Assembly (NCBI GenBank): GCA_050084985.1
Contig: JBITNC010000001.1
Location: forward strand, 138,384,001 to 138,448,000
Source of the DNA: Nageia nagi
Taxonomy: Eukaryota; Plantae; Pinophyta
Length of the DNA: 64,000 bases
Direction: 5' to 3'
Below are positions 49,323-63,359 of this stretch, piece by piece. Numbering within the stretch: the stretch's first letter is position 1; every line of letters begins with the position of its first letter. The position numbers and the translations under genes were made by a program. The notes under the pieces were generated by a model, which had not been told where the DNA came from, did no database searches, and worked only from the letters and a program-made list of their open reading frames with translations.

Positions 49323-50275
49323 ATTATTCATATGTGAGGAACTCTTATGTGTCTTTTGGCACTGTTTAGTTATCCATATGTGAGGAACTCATATGTGCAT
49401 ACTATATTTTTTGGTCAATATAGCACTGTTCACTTATCCATATATGAGAAACTCTTATGTGTCTTTTGGCACTATTCAGTTATCTATATGTGAGGAACTC
49501 ATATGTGCATACTCTATTTTTTGATCAATCTAGCACTATTTAGTTATCCATATATGAGAAACTCTTATGTGTCCTTTGGCATTATTTAATTATCCATATG
49601 TGAGGAACTCGTATGTGCATGCTCTCTTTTGTAATTATAATCAACACATGTTTATATACAACAGGTGACTATAAGTATTGGCTTGGCATCCTTCATGATG
49701 ATTTATAGTGCAACATAATATTCAAGTCTCTTTTATTGACTATAAGTATTGGCTTAGCATCCTCTGTGATGACTTATAGTGCAACATAAAAGTCAAGTAT
49801 CTTTTGTTGATTATAAGTATTGGCTTGATATCTTTTGTGATGACTTATAGTGCAACATAACATCCAAATATCTTTTGGTGACTATAAGTATTAGCTTGGC
49901 ATCTCCGTAATGACTTATAGTGCACTAATGGCCACACTCTTTTCTACTTCTATGATGATGGATTATTTATATATTGTTGATAAAATTTGAATCATTTTGA
50001 TTGATTCATGCTACCAATTTCATTATTTCTCTCTTAACTAGTAGAATGGTTAAGATGGACTTCTAATTATAAAATCTTAGCTCACTTTTGGTAAAGTAAA
50101 ATTTATTTGTTGTGATATCTTGAATCACTCTTGGTAAAGTCAAATTTATTTATTGTGGCATATTGACTCACTCTTGGTAAAGTAAAGCTTATATTTTATG
50201 CCTTCTTGACTCACTCTTGGTAAAGTTAAGTATATTTTGTGTGACATCTTGGTTACTCTTGGTATAGTCACATTT
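49323..50275. repeat. Three consecutive tandem arrays in F's 3' region (~119-bp higher-order unit, ~71-bp x4, ~43-bp x5)
   Basis: ttatccatatgtgaggaactc; gactataagtattggctt; actcttggtaaagt units. Confidence 0.85.
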
Positions 50276-53200
50276 CTTTTTGGAACCTTATGGCTTTATG
50301 CATCTTAATATGGTAATTAAGATGGCATTTTGTGCCTTATGATTTTGTTTTGCCTTTACATCTTGACATCAATATTGGTCATGTTGGAATTTATTCTTAG
50401 CATGCTTCATGTCACATTGTCACACATGTATTTGTTTGATGAAGTTGTCATCAAGGGGGAGAAAATGTTAAGTTTTCTTGTTGTGATGACACCCCTCATT
50501 TAAAACAAATACAATAGCAAGAAAATAATATAAAAAAAAGAATGATAAACAATAAAGACAAATGAAAGTATCACTTTTTTTTTTTAATTTTTAATGCACA
50601 AAAATTGGTTGATAATGCACATATCTTGATATATGCACATGTGATATTCTTAGATATCATAGTTGATGATTTATATCCTCTTTGTTGTTGTGCATTTATA
50701 ACTTTTTGACATCTTTATATGTTTTATTATGATTAGTGTATATATAGTATGATTCAATTCATGTTGATATGAATGTATAATGGTTTTAACTAATCTTGTT
50801 ATAAGCTGATTGTAGTTTGCAACTTTTCTGTAAGAAATTGTAGGATACTTGTGACAACAACTATGAAACTTTTTGGCTTTTGACATTTGGATCTTCAACC
50901 TTCTCTCCTTTATATAAAGTCTCAAAAGGTCTCCTATCTTTCAAGATTATAAAGCCTTATTTGGCTATATGTACACTTTATAGCATAAGTAAAACCTCTT
51001 TGTAAAATCATTATTTTTCTAATAATTTTTAAAATAACATTAAGGGGGAGTGTTAGAATTATAATGTTATTTAGGGCATTGTGTAATTAATATGCTTAGC
51101 ATATTAATAATTACCTAAATTTAGTTATTAGGTGATAATAAGGTTCATGCATGATGGTTGGAGTAGTATTCTCCACCCAACTTAAAATAATATTGTTAGG
51201 TGGAATAGTGTTTTCACTAACAATTAAATGTAATTCTATATTGTAACTTAAGTTTAACTAACCTATTGTGGTTAGATTAGTTAACTACCTAAGATTAGTT
51301 TTGAATCTTATAAAAGGAGCTCATTTTATAAAGATTTGTAAGAAGATGAAGATGGAAAGTTGTTATTATAGATCTTAGTTACTAAGGTCTTAAGCATGCA
51401 AGCTATGCTTCATGGTAAGGAGAGTCATGGTTGAGATCCATATGAGTGTACATTGTTTGAGAGTATAGTGAAAAGAAGACCTAAAGTGGAGTACTCCATG
51501 TGATGGAGGAACCACTATACATCTTATGTTACTATGTAGAATGCTTCTTGAATTCTTAGTTAGAATGATTGATTGCTATATTTTATAAAAGGTTTTACAA
51601 GTGTTTTTGAATTATGTAATCCTTCAATTCTATCAAGAAAAACATAGATGCATGTGAATTTGTTATGTTAACTTGCATTGTTATAGAAGGAGTTTAGAAA
51701 AATTTATGGTTTCTTACTAGTGGTTGTAGTAACCACATGTGTGGGAATAGAGAAATTTGAAGTCTCAAATCTAGATGAGTCCATCAAACTTGGGGTCAAA
51801 ATGGGAAATAATAGTAAACTACCTATCATTGGAAAAGGGAGGATCCTAGTTTTGCATAGAATGCAAAGAAATGAGATATATTCATAATGTCTATTATGCA
51901 CCTGGTGTTGATTGAAATTGTGCAACTTAGGAATTTGATAATAAGTTTGATAACATAATTAGAATAACATGATTTTTTGAATGAAGAGAGTAGTGGGACA
52001 CATGCCCTCGTGAGGGTTATCTCTATTCAATCTTCATATGAAGGTTGAATCCTCTATAACTAAAGATAAAAAGCTATGAGGGATCCAAACAAATACATGA
52101 AAGTAAAGTATAAATACATAAAACCAAGGTGTAAAGTGCTTGAAAGAAAGGGAAACCAAGGGGCACCATAGCCAAGGATGTAGTCCAAAACTAAATACTA
52201 AGATACAAATAAAATCTAGCCCAAGCCTAGGGTCAAGCAATCACACCACAAAGCCTCATATAGCTCTATGCACATCCATACATTCAATAAAAATACAATA
52301 ACAATCTGAACTTGAAAAAGGGAGACACAATATATTAAATCTTAATATGTTGAATATACAAATAATTCAAAGGGAAACAATACTGAATGTTCAAATATTC
52401 CCGCTTCTAATTCTAGTTACTTATACTATTAGTTACATCATTGTGGGATATAATTCCTACCATAAATCTATCTACCATTAATATATATATGTCAAATCTA
52501 GTTTGACCATTATCTATCGCATTAATACACATTTGCCTTGCTAAATAGAAACTTGGGTGAAGAATTTGAGGTTCCCAATATAGTGATATGAGAATGATAT
52601 GAATATTTGAATTTTCAAATGTTGTAAAATAAAATCAACATATGCTAAATATTTATTTTTCAATATGGTTATAAATATCTTAAGAATACATTTCTAACAT
52701 GTATTTACGTGCCTCAAATAGAGCTATGGGTCTTAAGGAATCTTAATTTGAAGTTCTTGGTCATAAATAGAGCATTTAGAAATGTGTATAGCCTTCTTAG
52801 GTCAAAAATAGCTTTCTCAAGTCAAATATGATGCAAAATGTATGATTTCGAGGGGTTTTAATGTGTTAACATCAATAAATAAAGTTTTAGACTTGGGATA
52901 AAGGTAAAATATGCAATTCCAGGCACTCTAAGGTGGTGATATTTCTAGGTCCTACATAGAGAAAATACTAGATAATGCCATCACTTTAAAGGGTTGTAAC
53001 TAGGTTGATTCTTATTGAAAAACTTAAAAATCCTCTTATTATAACATAGCATAGATCTTATTATAATCTTTAAAATTAGATATATAGCATATATCTTCTC
53101 ACCCTTCTTTATATATTTACTACGTAGCCATCAGACTTCCCACAATTTGACTTTTGACTTCTCCCTATCCTCCATATGCTTTCATCATCTACTAGAGGTA

Positions 53201-53302
53201 TGATTTTCTAAAGATTATTCCATAATAAGAACCCAATCATGGGTTCATTTATGTTAGAAATGGATGGTGTATGCTAAAATTGGAAAAACTAAGGGGTTAG
53301 AC

Positions 53303-53696
53303 CATAGTTGTAAAAATCGAATTGGAACCAGCTAAGCAAATGATCCAATTCGAATCGGATCTAATTTTTTTCAAATAAGTGCTTATCCAATTTTTTCCAA
53401 TTTTCATTCTAATTTTTTAGACAAAAAAATCATGGTTTTTTTGAAAAAAAATAGCATTGAATCGATTGATGATTTTTTGTTGATTCCATCTGATTTTTTG
53501 TTGATTTTATCTTTTTTTTGGTTGATTTTATCTAATTTTTTAAGATTTAGCTAAAATTGAAGAAATTCCTTCATTTTTTCTCATGTCAATTTTTTGTTGA
53601 TTTTATCTGATTTTTTTTGCCTATTGTCCAATTTTTCAAAAAATTAGAATCCTGCAATCAAACAATTCTGATCCATTTCCAATTTTTCTAACTATG
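53303..53696. mobile_element. hAT-family MITE
   Basis: TIR CATAGTT...AACTATG; perfect 8-bp TSD GGTTAGAC (53295-53302 / 53697-53704). Confidence 0.9.
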
Positions 53697-54707
53697 GGTT
53701 AGACTAGCTTATGGAGGAATATTGTATCTTATGAATAGGGGATTATATTAGTATGGAAAAAGGTAAGTGATGTTAGGAGCAATATGTTTAATTAGAGGAT
53801 TCTATATAATTTTTAATAAAATTAATAATATTTAGATTATAATATATAATGCATTAGATAATATATATTATATAATATCATATAAGTAGAGTATGTACGT
53901 AATACTAGCTATTGCAACCTTATGCAATGGGTATGCCATATGATATTATCCTATAACAATGCAAACTCACATATCATTCTCCCCTCTTTCTCTCCCATTG
54001 ATCCACAACACCCAAAATCCATAATCCTTCCATTCCTCAAATTGCCATCAATGCAACAAACAAAATCCAAAATCAATCTTGACCCAAAACCCAAGGCTCC
54101 CTCTTCTAGGAGGGATCCACCATCCAACTCACCTCGATGGGTACCGAATGCCATCCATTGAATCCTACGTGCTTCCTAGCTCTTGTTCAATCTATGTATT
54201 CTATTCTTATAAAGTCTACCTAGGCTTTCATCACTCGCTAAAATGGCCCCACACATTATAATACCAAGCAAACCCACATTCTACTCACTTGAATTATCAT
54301 CATTGACTAAATCAAATCCACATTCTATGGTTTCCCATCCTAATACATTTTCAACTCTCACCCATGTTCATTCCAGGCTTCCAGCATAGATTCAATAGTT
54401 AAATTGGAATTAATCCCCAAAATTTGATGGGATTGAAAGCAACAAATGATCAACTGAGGGAAATCAAGGGTCTAATTTCTTTCAATCGTCACCCAAGATT
54501 GAAACACATTTAGGATCATGAATCATAATTTCCTCCCTTGGCTATGCCATTAGATGCTTACGACGTAATGAATAGAACACAAAATAAATGTTCAATTCAA
54601 AAAATAGTGGTATCTTTATATTAAATATCTTACTTTTATATTATTTCTATTTCCTCTTTATTGTTCATAAAAAATTCAAAACATGCTAGATCTTGTTGGT
54701 ATCATTT

Positions 54708-57700
54708 TGTTGGAATGTATAATGCATTATTGTAAGGTCACTTAATACTTAAGGGTATCCCTAGATACCATAAGTATTTAGTGAATATACTAATGTAAAA
54801 TCATTAATACTTAAAAGTATCCTTAGATATATTTTAAGTATTTGTGAATAAAAAAATGTAAGTTGTCCTACACTCCATCTTATGAGCATGCCCTTTAGGT
54901 AAAAGGGTGATGCATGTCATGACATTGTACAATGGTTAAAAGGGTGATCAAAGGAAAGATTTTGGTCTATAAATAGAGGGCCCTCTCTTTGAAATCACTC
55001 ACTCAATTTTGTAGCAAAGTTATGCTCTTGTCTAGGTTGTAGGAGAAGTGAGAAAGTGTTATTGTAAGAGAGTGCTCTTTAAGAATAAGATCATAGATTA
55101 ATGGATGTACTCCCATGGTTGGAAGAACCACTTTATATTGATGTCATCTAGTGTGAATTCTACTTTGAGTTTATGTTTTTAATACTTAAAGAAATATGGA
55201 GAGATTTAAGTGATCTTGGGTAATTAAGGATTTAGTCACTTAGTCTTAGTTATTTCATTTGGTATTAGAACCATTTTTGGAGGCTCCTATTCACATCTTA
55301 GAGGTCATTCCTACTCCTTTAAAGGTTCATTTTTTTTTGTTAGGCAAAACCATTCAAGGTATAACTTCTATCTCCTTCATTTTTTTGAATTATTACATGA
55401 TACTAACATATTTTATGTTATGTGTTAGTTCAAATGTTTTTAACAAAATTTACTTAAAAAGCAACAACATATTATGCAATTTTTATTTATACTAATATTT
55501 TTTATGTCAATTGCAATTATTTTGTAAAAGTTGCTTAATATATTGCTATAGTGTTTAAAATTTATCAAATACATAATACACATTAATTTTTTTTCAATTA
55601 ACTGGGCACAATTTGCACGACCATGCCATCATCGGTAATGAACCCACCATCGATCACCAAACCCCCATGTGGACCACCGAAACCACTCATCGACCGCACC
55701 CAACCTGCGGTTCAAAACCCACACTGGCCCATCTTCACCCCCCATGACCTTGCATTTGGCTTCTTCGCCTATCGTAACTACCTAACTCTGTGCCTCCCTC
55801 AATCGATGGCACAAATCACCATACAGACCTCCTGCATTAGGCATGCATCCCTTCTCTCGCCACTAGCTCCTCGCGTATTCCACCATACCGTCAACTTGTT
55901 ACCCCCTACTACCTCATTCCCTCACCCCTTTGGTGGCTTTCCCTTCAACTTATCGATGTTATCACATGATGTGACTTGTCAACCATTCCTCATTCTGTGT
56001 AACACTCAACCCTCCATGCACCTACCATTAATGCCTTTCTGCAAGCCTTAAGATCACATCCATCTCCTTCCCTTCTTGGAGGTCATGTTGCTTATAGGCC
56101 TCATCATTTACCCACTAAAAAAAGGTAGTAACGAGCATGGAGTGGAGTGTGGGCTTCCTCCTACCATTAAATTCTTACGGGTGGTACATGAGAACTTCCA
56201 AACCATTACTTTATCCCAATGATTTTTTTTATCAACATGTATTTTAATAAAAGTTTTTAGGAAGTATTTATGGTTGTTCAAAAAAAAGGGGGAGTATTTT
56301 TATTATTATCCTTTTAATCCTAAACTTATATTGTGATTATAAATTGTTAAATTTTTGGAGGATAAAAGGAGTTATTTTTTGGGATAAATGAATTAGAAGG
56401 TGAGCTTTGAATTTTTAAGGGATATTTTTTTTTTCTTTTTTTTTTTAAAATTTTATCCTTAGATAAAGTTTGGAAAGTAAAGGTAATTTTTATGCTTTGA
56501 TAAAAGTGGGGAGGTAATGTTATTTTCTAAGTATTAAAAAGGAGTTATTTTTTTAGTGTTAAAATAATTTTTTTTTAACACTTCTCTAAAATAAAATTGC
56601 AATGGGAAGGAATTTTTTACCCAACTATTTTTAATGAAGGGAGCATTTTTTTGCTAAGCTCAAAATTTTAAGTAAAAAGAGGGGATTTTTATTTATTTAT
56701 TTAAAAATGAAATCATGTTTTTTTTTGTAAAGAGGTCCTCTTGATGTTGGTAACAAAACTCATTGGATTCTTAGGTTTCAATTTTAGATGATGTACATTT
56801 GTTAATCACTTTACTTTATGTTAAGCATTTTGCTTTTATTTTTTATAAAAATCATAAATATTGAAAGTACACCCTTTAATGATGAGCTTATGGTATTTAT
56901 CATCCTTTAAAGTCTCTCTTTTAAATTTAGTCACTTTGTGATTGTCATTGAGACAAGGCTTGATGATGAAGAAGAGGTGTACTCCTTGGAAAATATTTCA
57001 AGACTTCTCCTAAAACACGAGGAAACTCTCAACAAAAAGTTACCAATCTCCACTCCTAAGGAGCATTCTATGGCACTTACACCAACAAAGACTCACTTCA
57101 AATAGAAGTTCAATAATCAAAATAAATATTTCCATGCTCTGAAAAAAGACTTCAACAAAGGTGTGAAAAAACAATAATATATCCATAAAAAGTCTAGAAA
57201 AATCCAAATCCAAAGATAAATTTGATGGCAATTGTAATTTTTGTGGCATCTATGGTCACAAGGATTCAGATTTCTTCAAAAAAAGAAAGAATAAGATGGT
57301 AAAAGAATTGGAAAATCAAACAACTGCAAAGGTAAAAAGAAGAATAATAAATATGATTTTATTTATGATCTTTACTTCAAGTCTCACACTTTCTCTAATG
57401 ATAGGATTATTGAATCTAGGTTCATGAATCACATGTGTTTTAAAAATAATAAGCTTGAAAATTTTTATAAGTATAGAAATGATGCAATTTTGATAGGTGA
57501 TAATTCAATCCTTTAAGTCCAAGGGATTGAGAGTGTGTTTTTGCATGGAAAGGTTCTTGCAAATATTCTCTATATGCCCAAACTCAGTATGAACCTTCTT
57601 TCCATAATTCAAGTTACAAGGAAAGGATACATCTCATTCAAGTTCAACTCATACTCTTGGTGTATTAAGAAAGGACTTGCCACTTTAGTGAAAGGATTAG

Positions 57701-60700
57701 TGAAAGATGATATCTACATTGTAGATCAAGTGCCAACATAGATGTGCCTTACTAAAAATGTTTTCTTTAGGGTAAATATTTTGCACCATCGATTAGGATA
57801 ATTTAACCATAAAAGCATTTAAATCATAAAAATTCAAGAACTTATGGAAGGTTTTCCTTTGATATCACCCAAAATTAGTCTTTATAAGAAGTGCATCTTA
57901 GGAAAGATAAATAGGAAAAAAATTGAGAAAGATAAGGTAATAAGGGTTACACAACCTCTTTAGCTTATGCATTTAGATTTAATGAGTCCATTTCATCCTA
58001 AGTATCGTGAGGGATTATCTTATATCTTGACCTTCATTGATGACTTTAGTAGGATGACATTTGGTTATCTACTCAAGTACAAGGATCAAACCTTTAACAG
58101 GTTCAAATATTTCAAAGCTTTAGTTAAAAATTAATCTAACTTCAAAATTAAGATGCTAAGGTATGATAATGGGGTAAATATAATAGTAATGTGTTCAATG
58201 TCTATTGTACCAAACATAGGATCAAGAGGCAGTTCACTATCCCTTACACCTCTTAGCAAAATAGTGCTATTGAAAGAAAGAATAAAATTATTTAAGAAAT
58301 ATCTAGGTGCATGTTGGGAAATATCCTTAGTTTCTTACATGGTAAAATTGTTAACACTATGATAATAAGATCCCTATGAAAGTAGTTGAAGGTAAAACCT
58401 TGTATGAGGTATGAATGAGAAAGAAACCTAACATTGCTCACCTTAGGGTTTTTGGTTATGATTCTTATGCCTTCATTATTTTTGAAAAAATAAAGAAGTT
58501 GAAAAAAGATATGAAAAGTGCATCTTTGTGGGTTATGATTATCAACATAGAGGCTACATGCTCCACACTTCTTCCTTTAAAGTAGTGTTAATCTTAAGGT
58601 ATGTAAAGTTCAACAAATTTCTTGAGAAATCTACTTCTTGTGAGGAATTGGATGATTTTGATGACTCTTTTGTTGCACCTAACTAGTTGGATATCAATGT
58701 AAATAAGTCACCTTAGGAGAAAAATTTTCCAATATAAAAGATAACAAGAAGTATGATCTTAAATAGATCCTTTTTTTTTCTAAAATTGATAACAAGAATA
58801 AGCCCTTATCATTTAAAAAAACATCAAAGCATGAATGTTGGATGGAAACCATGAAAGTGGAGTATGAGGTTGTAATGAAAATCAAGCTTGAGACTTGGTT
58901 TTCTATCCTAATGAATGAAATGTGATTAAAAATAAGTGGATTTACAAGGTTAAATATAATTTAGTTGAAAAAATTTAAAAATACAAGGTAAGCTTAGTAG
59001 CCAAGGGTTTTGCTCATAAATACAGAGTTGATTATGAGGAAACCTTTACTCTAGTGGTAAACATGCCCACATTCAAGGTAATCCTTGCTCTTTTAGCAAC
59101 TCAAAGATGAAAATTATTTTAACTTGATATCAAGTGTGTTTTTCTTAATGATGAATTATATGTGAAAATCTATATGGATCAACTAGAAGGGTTTATTATG
59201 GAAGGAAAAGATTCATTTATGTGCAACCTAAAGAAATCCTTGTATGGACTTAAATAAGCACTTAGATCTTGGTATAAAAAGATATTTTGCATATATTAGA
59301 TTCTTTAAGTACTTCTCTAATTTAAATCTATACATGCTCAATCAAGGATAAGACTTGGTCTTGATTCTTCTTTATATGGATGATCTTCTAATCATAGAAA
59401 ATAATAATAAAATTATTCAAGAGTGCATATCCAAATTTAAAGTAATATTTGAAATGATTGATCTTGATCTCTTAGACTTATACCTTAATATGCATGTATA
59501 CCAATACAAAGATTGTACTTACCTTAGTCAATACAAGTATATCTTAGATATATTACAAAAATTTGAAATAAAATGCAAACCAACTACGATCCAAGTCTCT
59601 CTTGGAATCACTCTACTAATTAGAAGTATTCTTTATTTGATTATCTTTAGGCTCAATATTACCTTTGTAGTAAATCTTATGGCATGGTTTGTGCAAGAAT
59701 TATATGCTGAGCACCTCAATGATGTTAAGCAAATCTTGAGGTATGTTATGAGAATATAAGATCTTACTCTCAAGTATTTCAAATTCTTCTCATTTGTTAT
59801 CTTAGGGTACTTAGATTCTAATTAAGGGGGAGATAAAAATGATAAAAAATCAACCTCTTCTTATCTGTTTAGAAATATTTTAAGTTTTATTTCTTAAGCT
59901 TCCAAGAAGCAACCTGCTACTGCTCTCTCCATCATAGAGGTAGAATATTGAGTCATGTCAAGCATGGTATAGGAAACCATTTGATTGATGCATCTTTTGA
60001 AAGAAATCAAGTATGAGCAAACTTATCCATCTTAGATTTATTCAGATAATCAATCGACCATTTCTTTAGTAAATAGCTCTTTTTTCCATTAGAGAACAAA
60101 ATATGTTTAAATCCAAGCACATTTGATTAGGGATAAGGTTCTAGATGGTATCCTACAATTGTAGTATTTTCCATCATTCCTCAAATTTTTTGATTTATTC
60201 ATTAAGACCCTTCTTAAATCTTAGTTCTAAAAGCTTAGGGAATCTATTGGGTTGGTGAAGTTGCCTCAAGGGGGAGTGAAGGTTGAATTCTTATTGAATT
60301 TATGTCTATAATGATAACTTCATCTTTAGGAGGATTTTTTTTGCTATATAGTGTTGATATTTTTGTGTACATATTCATGATTAATTCATTTCATGTGAAG
60401 AAATAGTTATACATTTTTAAGCATATGATAACATCTCCTAGCACTATTTTAGTTATTCATATGTGAGGAAGCATTATGTACTTTTTGGCATTATTTAGTT
60501 ATCCATATGTGAGGAATTCATATGTGCTTATGCTCTATTTTTGATTTTGTTCAACACATATTTTGTATATAGCATGTGACTATGAGTATTTGCTTGACAT
60601 CTTCATGATAACTTATAGTGTACCATTGATTAGTTTATGAAAGGCATTACTTGGTTCATCTATCTTATGTTAAAATAAATGTTTATATAATGCATCTAAC

Positions 60701-61518
60701 TAATTTTGTTTATGAGCTACTTGTATCTTGCATGTTTCTTCTTAATAATGCAAGTTATTTACTTTGAGTAGGAAAAATCATAGAGGCTCATCATTCAATT
60801 TGTTATTGAATAACTACTTTATACAGTAAAACCAATTATGGTTAATTATTATATTATAAACCATTTATCAAATGGTAAAGTAGCGAATCTCAATCTAAGA
60901 ACTTGCTTATTTCTAAAAGATGTAAATGTTCTCATCTCCAATTATATCTCTATGGAGGAGAACTCTCTTTTACTCTTTCTTTCTTCTCTCCTCTTCACTG
61001 TACCCTAATATTGCATTAAGGGGCAATGATGGAATGCATACTGCATTATTGTAAGGTCATTTAATGTAATTCACTTAATACTTAAAGGTATTCATAGATA
61101 CCTTACGTATTTGTGAATACGAAATTGTAACTTGTCCTACACTCCATCTCATGAGCATGACCATTTGGTAAAAGGGTGATGCATGTCATGACATTATACA
61201 ATGGTCAAAAGGGAGATCCTAAGAAGGATTTATGGCTTAAAAATAGAGTGTCTTCTCCTTGAGATCACTCACTCAAGTTTGTAGCAAAGTTATATGCTCT
61301 TGTCAAGGTTCTAAGAGAAGTGAGAAAGTGTTGTTGTATGATAGTGCTATTTGAGAATAAGATATTAGATTAGTGGATGTACTCCCATGGTTGGAGGAAC
61401 CACTTTATGTGTGAATTCTACTTTGAATTTGTGTTCTTAATACTTAAGGAAATATAGGGAGTTTCAAGTGATCATCTTGGGTAATTAGGAATTCAATCAC
61501 TTAGGCTTAGTTCCTTCA
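54708..61518 (+). mobile_element. Element G: full-length decayed Ty1/copia
   Basis: LTRs 54708-55257 and 61027-61518; TSD CATTT/CATAT; PBS at 55260; zinc knuckle CNFCGIYGH near 57233; PR; INT (FIDDFSR, LRYDNG); RT (LLYMDDLLI); RH to about 60260. Confidence 0.9.
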
Positions 61519-62499
61519 CATATAGTACACCCTTTATGGTACATTCAAGACCATATCATACAAGATTTCTTAAATTATTCAAGAGTTAAATATATGTATC
61601 TTCTTTGTGTGGAAGATTTAATCAAACATATAATATGCTAGGAGTATTAAATATATATAGCTCAGTGGTGTACATCTAATGCATTTTAATAGTATATTGT
61701 AAAAAGCAAATGATTAGCATATTTATACTAGTAATTGAAAAATCATTATTCTAAAAGAGTATTTACGAACAAATTTAATAATATTTGTTATACCCCATTA
61801 TCATATTCATAATAATGTGAACCTTTACAAGATACAACATAATCTTATTCTTTTGTACTCTTTCAATATATGTACTATTTATTATTGAAAATTCATTATT
61901 TGATAATAATTTCAATTTTAACATTGTATTGATTAAAAATCAAATCTTATATGCTAAGCATAAAATTAAGAAATATGTATTATATTATATTTAATAAATA
62001 TTTAAAATTATTTTCATATTAATACTAATTGTGTATAATAAATAAGATAGATTATTCTATGAATATAATTAAATCAATACCTAACATGTGTTTAGATCAA
62101 AGACATGGATCCATATAATAACTAAATCAATACTTTATATGAAAGACATGAATATAATAAAATAAATTAGGTCATAGTTTTATTAATTCGTTGCTAGCTA
62201 AGAACGTGTCATTTTTCTATGTGGTACTTTTGTTGGCTGAACTCAACTTTAGGTATTATCATATGTAATCATGTAGGAATGATTATTCCTAGTCTAGTTA
62301 AAGATTTTCCCAAATCTATGAGCATTCTGTTTCTTGGACTAATCGCTTGTGCTCTTAGATCATTGTAGGACATGCTTCCTTTTAGATTGTAAGCTCCCTC
62401 TATTCCCTTCTAATGGATTCTCAAATGAGTTCTCATGATTTTTATCCTTCTATTGACATCATTTACATCATATATTTAATGTATCATATATAATATATA

Positions 62500-63279
62500 G
62501 GGAAAATTACCAAAACACTTCTATAATCTATAGTAATTACAAAAATACTTTTATCACTTTGGTATTTGTATTTATAACTTCTTTTAGTTCAACAATTCTA
62601 GTTTCTGTGATGAAAATAAAAAAAGGAAGCTATTCGCAAACGAAAGTAGGTCACAATATGAAGGTAATAAATCCAGACTAGTCGCAGGATCAACTAGCAA
62701 TAATTTAGCATAGTTGTGCGTCAATTACTTGTAGCCTTTTATGAATTATTGTCACCTGTTCTAGTGATGATCCTTTTATCAATTAGATAAAACAAAAATA
62801 TGTTTTCCATTGCACTTATAATTTTATTTGAGTATTGATCCTTAGAGGAGTGCGTGGATTGGATATTGTGATGGAGGGGGTTCCCATTTTGGCCTACCTA
62901 AATCCAATGATATCAACAAACTGTGGAAGATATCTGTCTATCACAACATATCCGTGGAGCGATTATGTATTTTTTACCAACTGTTGGATTCTTGCGTATG
63001 AGAAGAGGGCTCACTCTCATTCTGAAGCTCATGGAGTTTACTTTCTCTGGAAAAAGAAGGCTCTTTTGATCATGTTGCAGGCACAATTGTAATCGTGCTT
63101 TAAATCATTCGGATTTTCATATGGAAGAAGAAAAGGAAATGTGATTATTATCAGACATTAATTATATATATATTGGTTTTCATAAAATTGATTAAACTAC
63201 AGGGTCAATTTTGTAATTATTGAAAAACAAGTAATTTTGTATTTTTCTTAAATTATAAGGATATTTTGGTAAATTTTTT
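62500..63279. mobile_element. Non-autonomous Mutator-like element (possible Pack-MULE)
   Basis: Long imperfect TIRs (ggaaaattaccaaaa.../...ttttggtaaatttt); perfect 9-bp TSD TAATATATA (62491-62499 / 63280-63288). Confidence 0.8.
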
Positions 63280-63359
63280 TAATATATAATATAAGTAGAA
63301 TGTATATGTAATATCATATATAATGTATTATAATATAATCACATTGGATTACATTTAAT

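Larger units (their letters stand above)
43085..51635 (+). mobile_element. Element F: copia-derived LTR element with essentially non-coding interior (LARD-like)
   Basis: LTRs 43085-43667 and 51051-51635; TSD AGAAA/AGAAA; PBS TGGTATTAGAG at 43670; PPT taagggggag; only traces of the RNase H end near 48840-48915. Confidence 0.9.
41381..51905 (+). mobile_element. Element E: degraded Ty1/copia (PBS, gag, protease), split by element F
   Basis: PBS TGGTATCAGAGC 41592-41603; gag FSGKNYDFW...VEKILRSL 42192-43030; protease WFLTSGCSNHMCG resumes near 51705; outer boundaries approximate. Confidence 0.8.

Noticed and set aside
51906-52530. Possible further LTR truncating element E
   Set aside because: LTR-like look, but no partner LTR or TSD could be established.
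55623-56051. 142-aa Pro-rich ORF
   Set aside because: Lies in the C-rich untranslated leader of copia G; compositional ORF.
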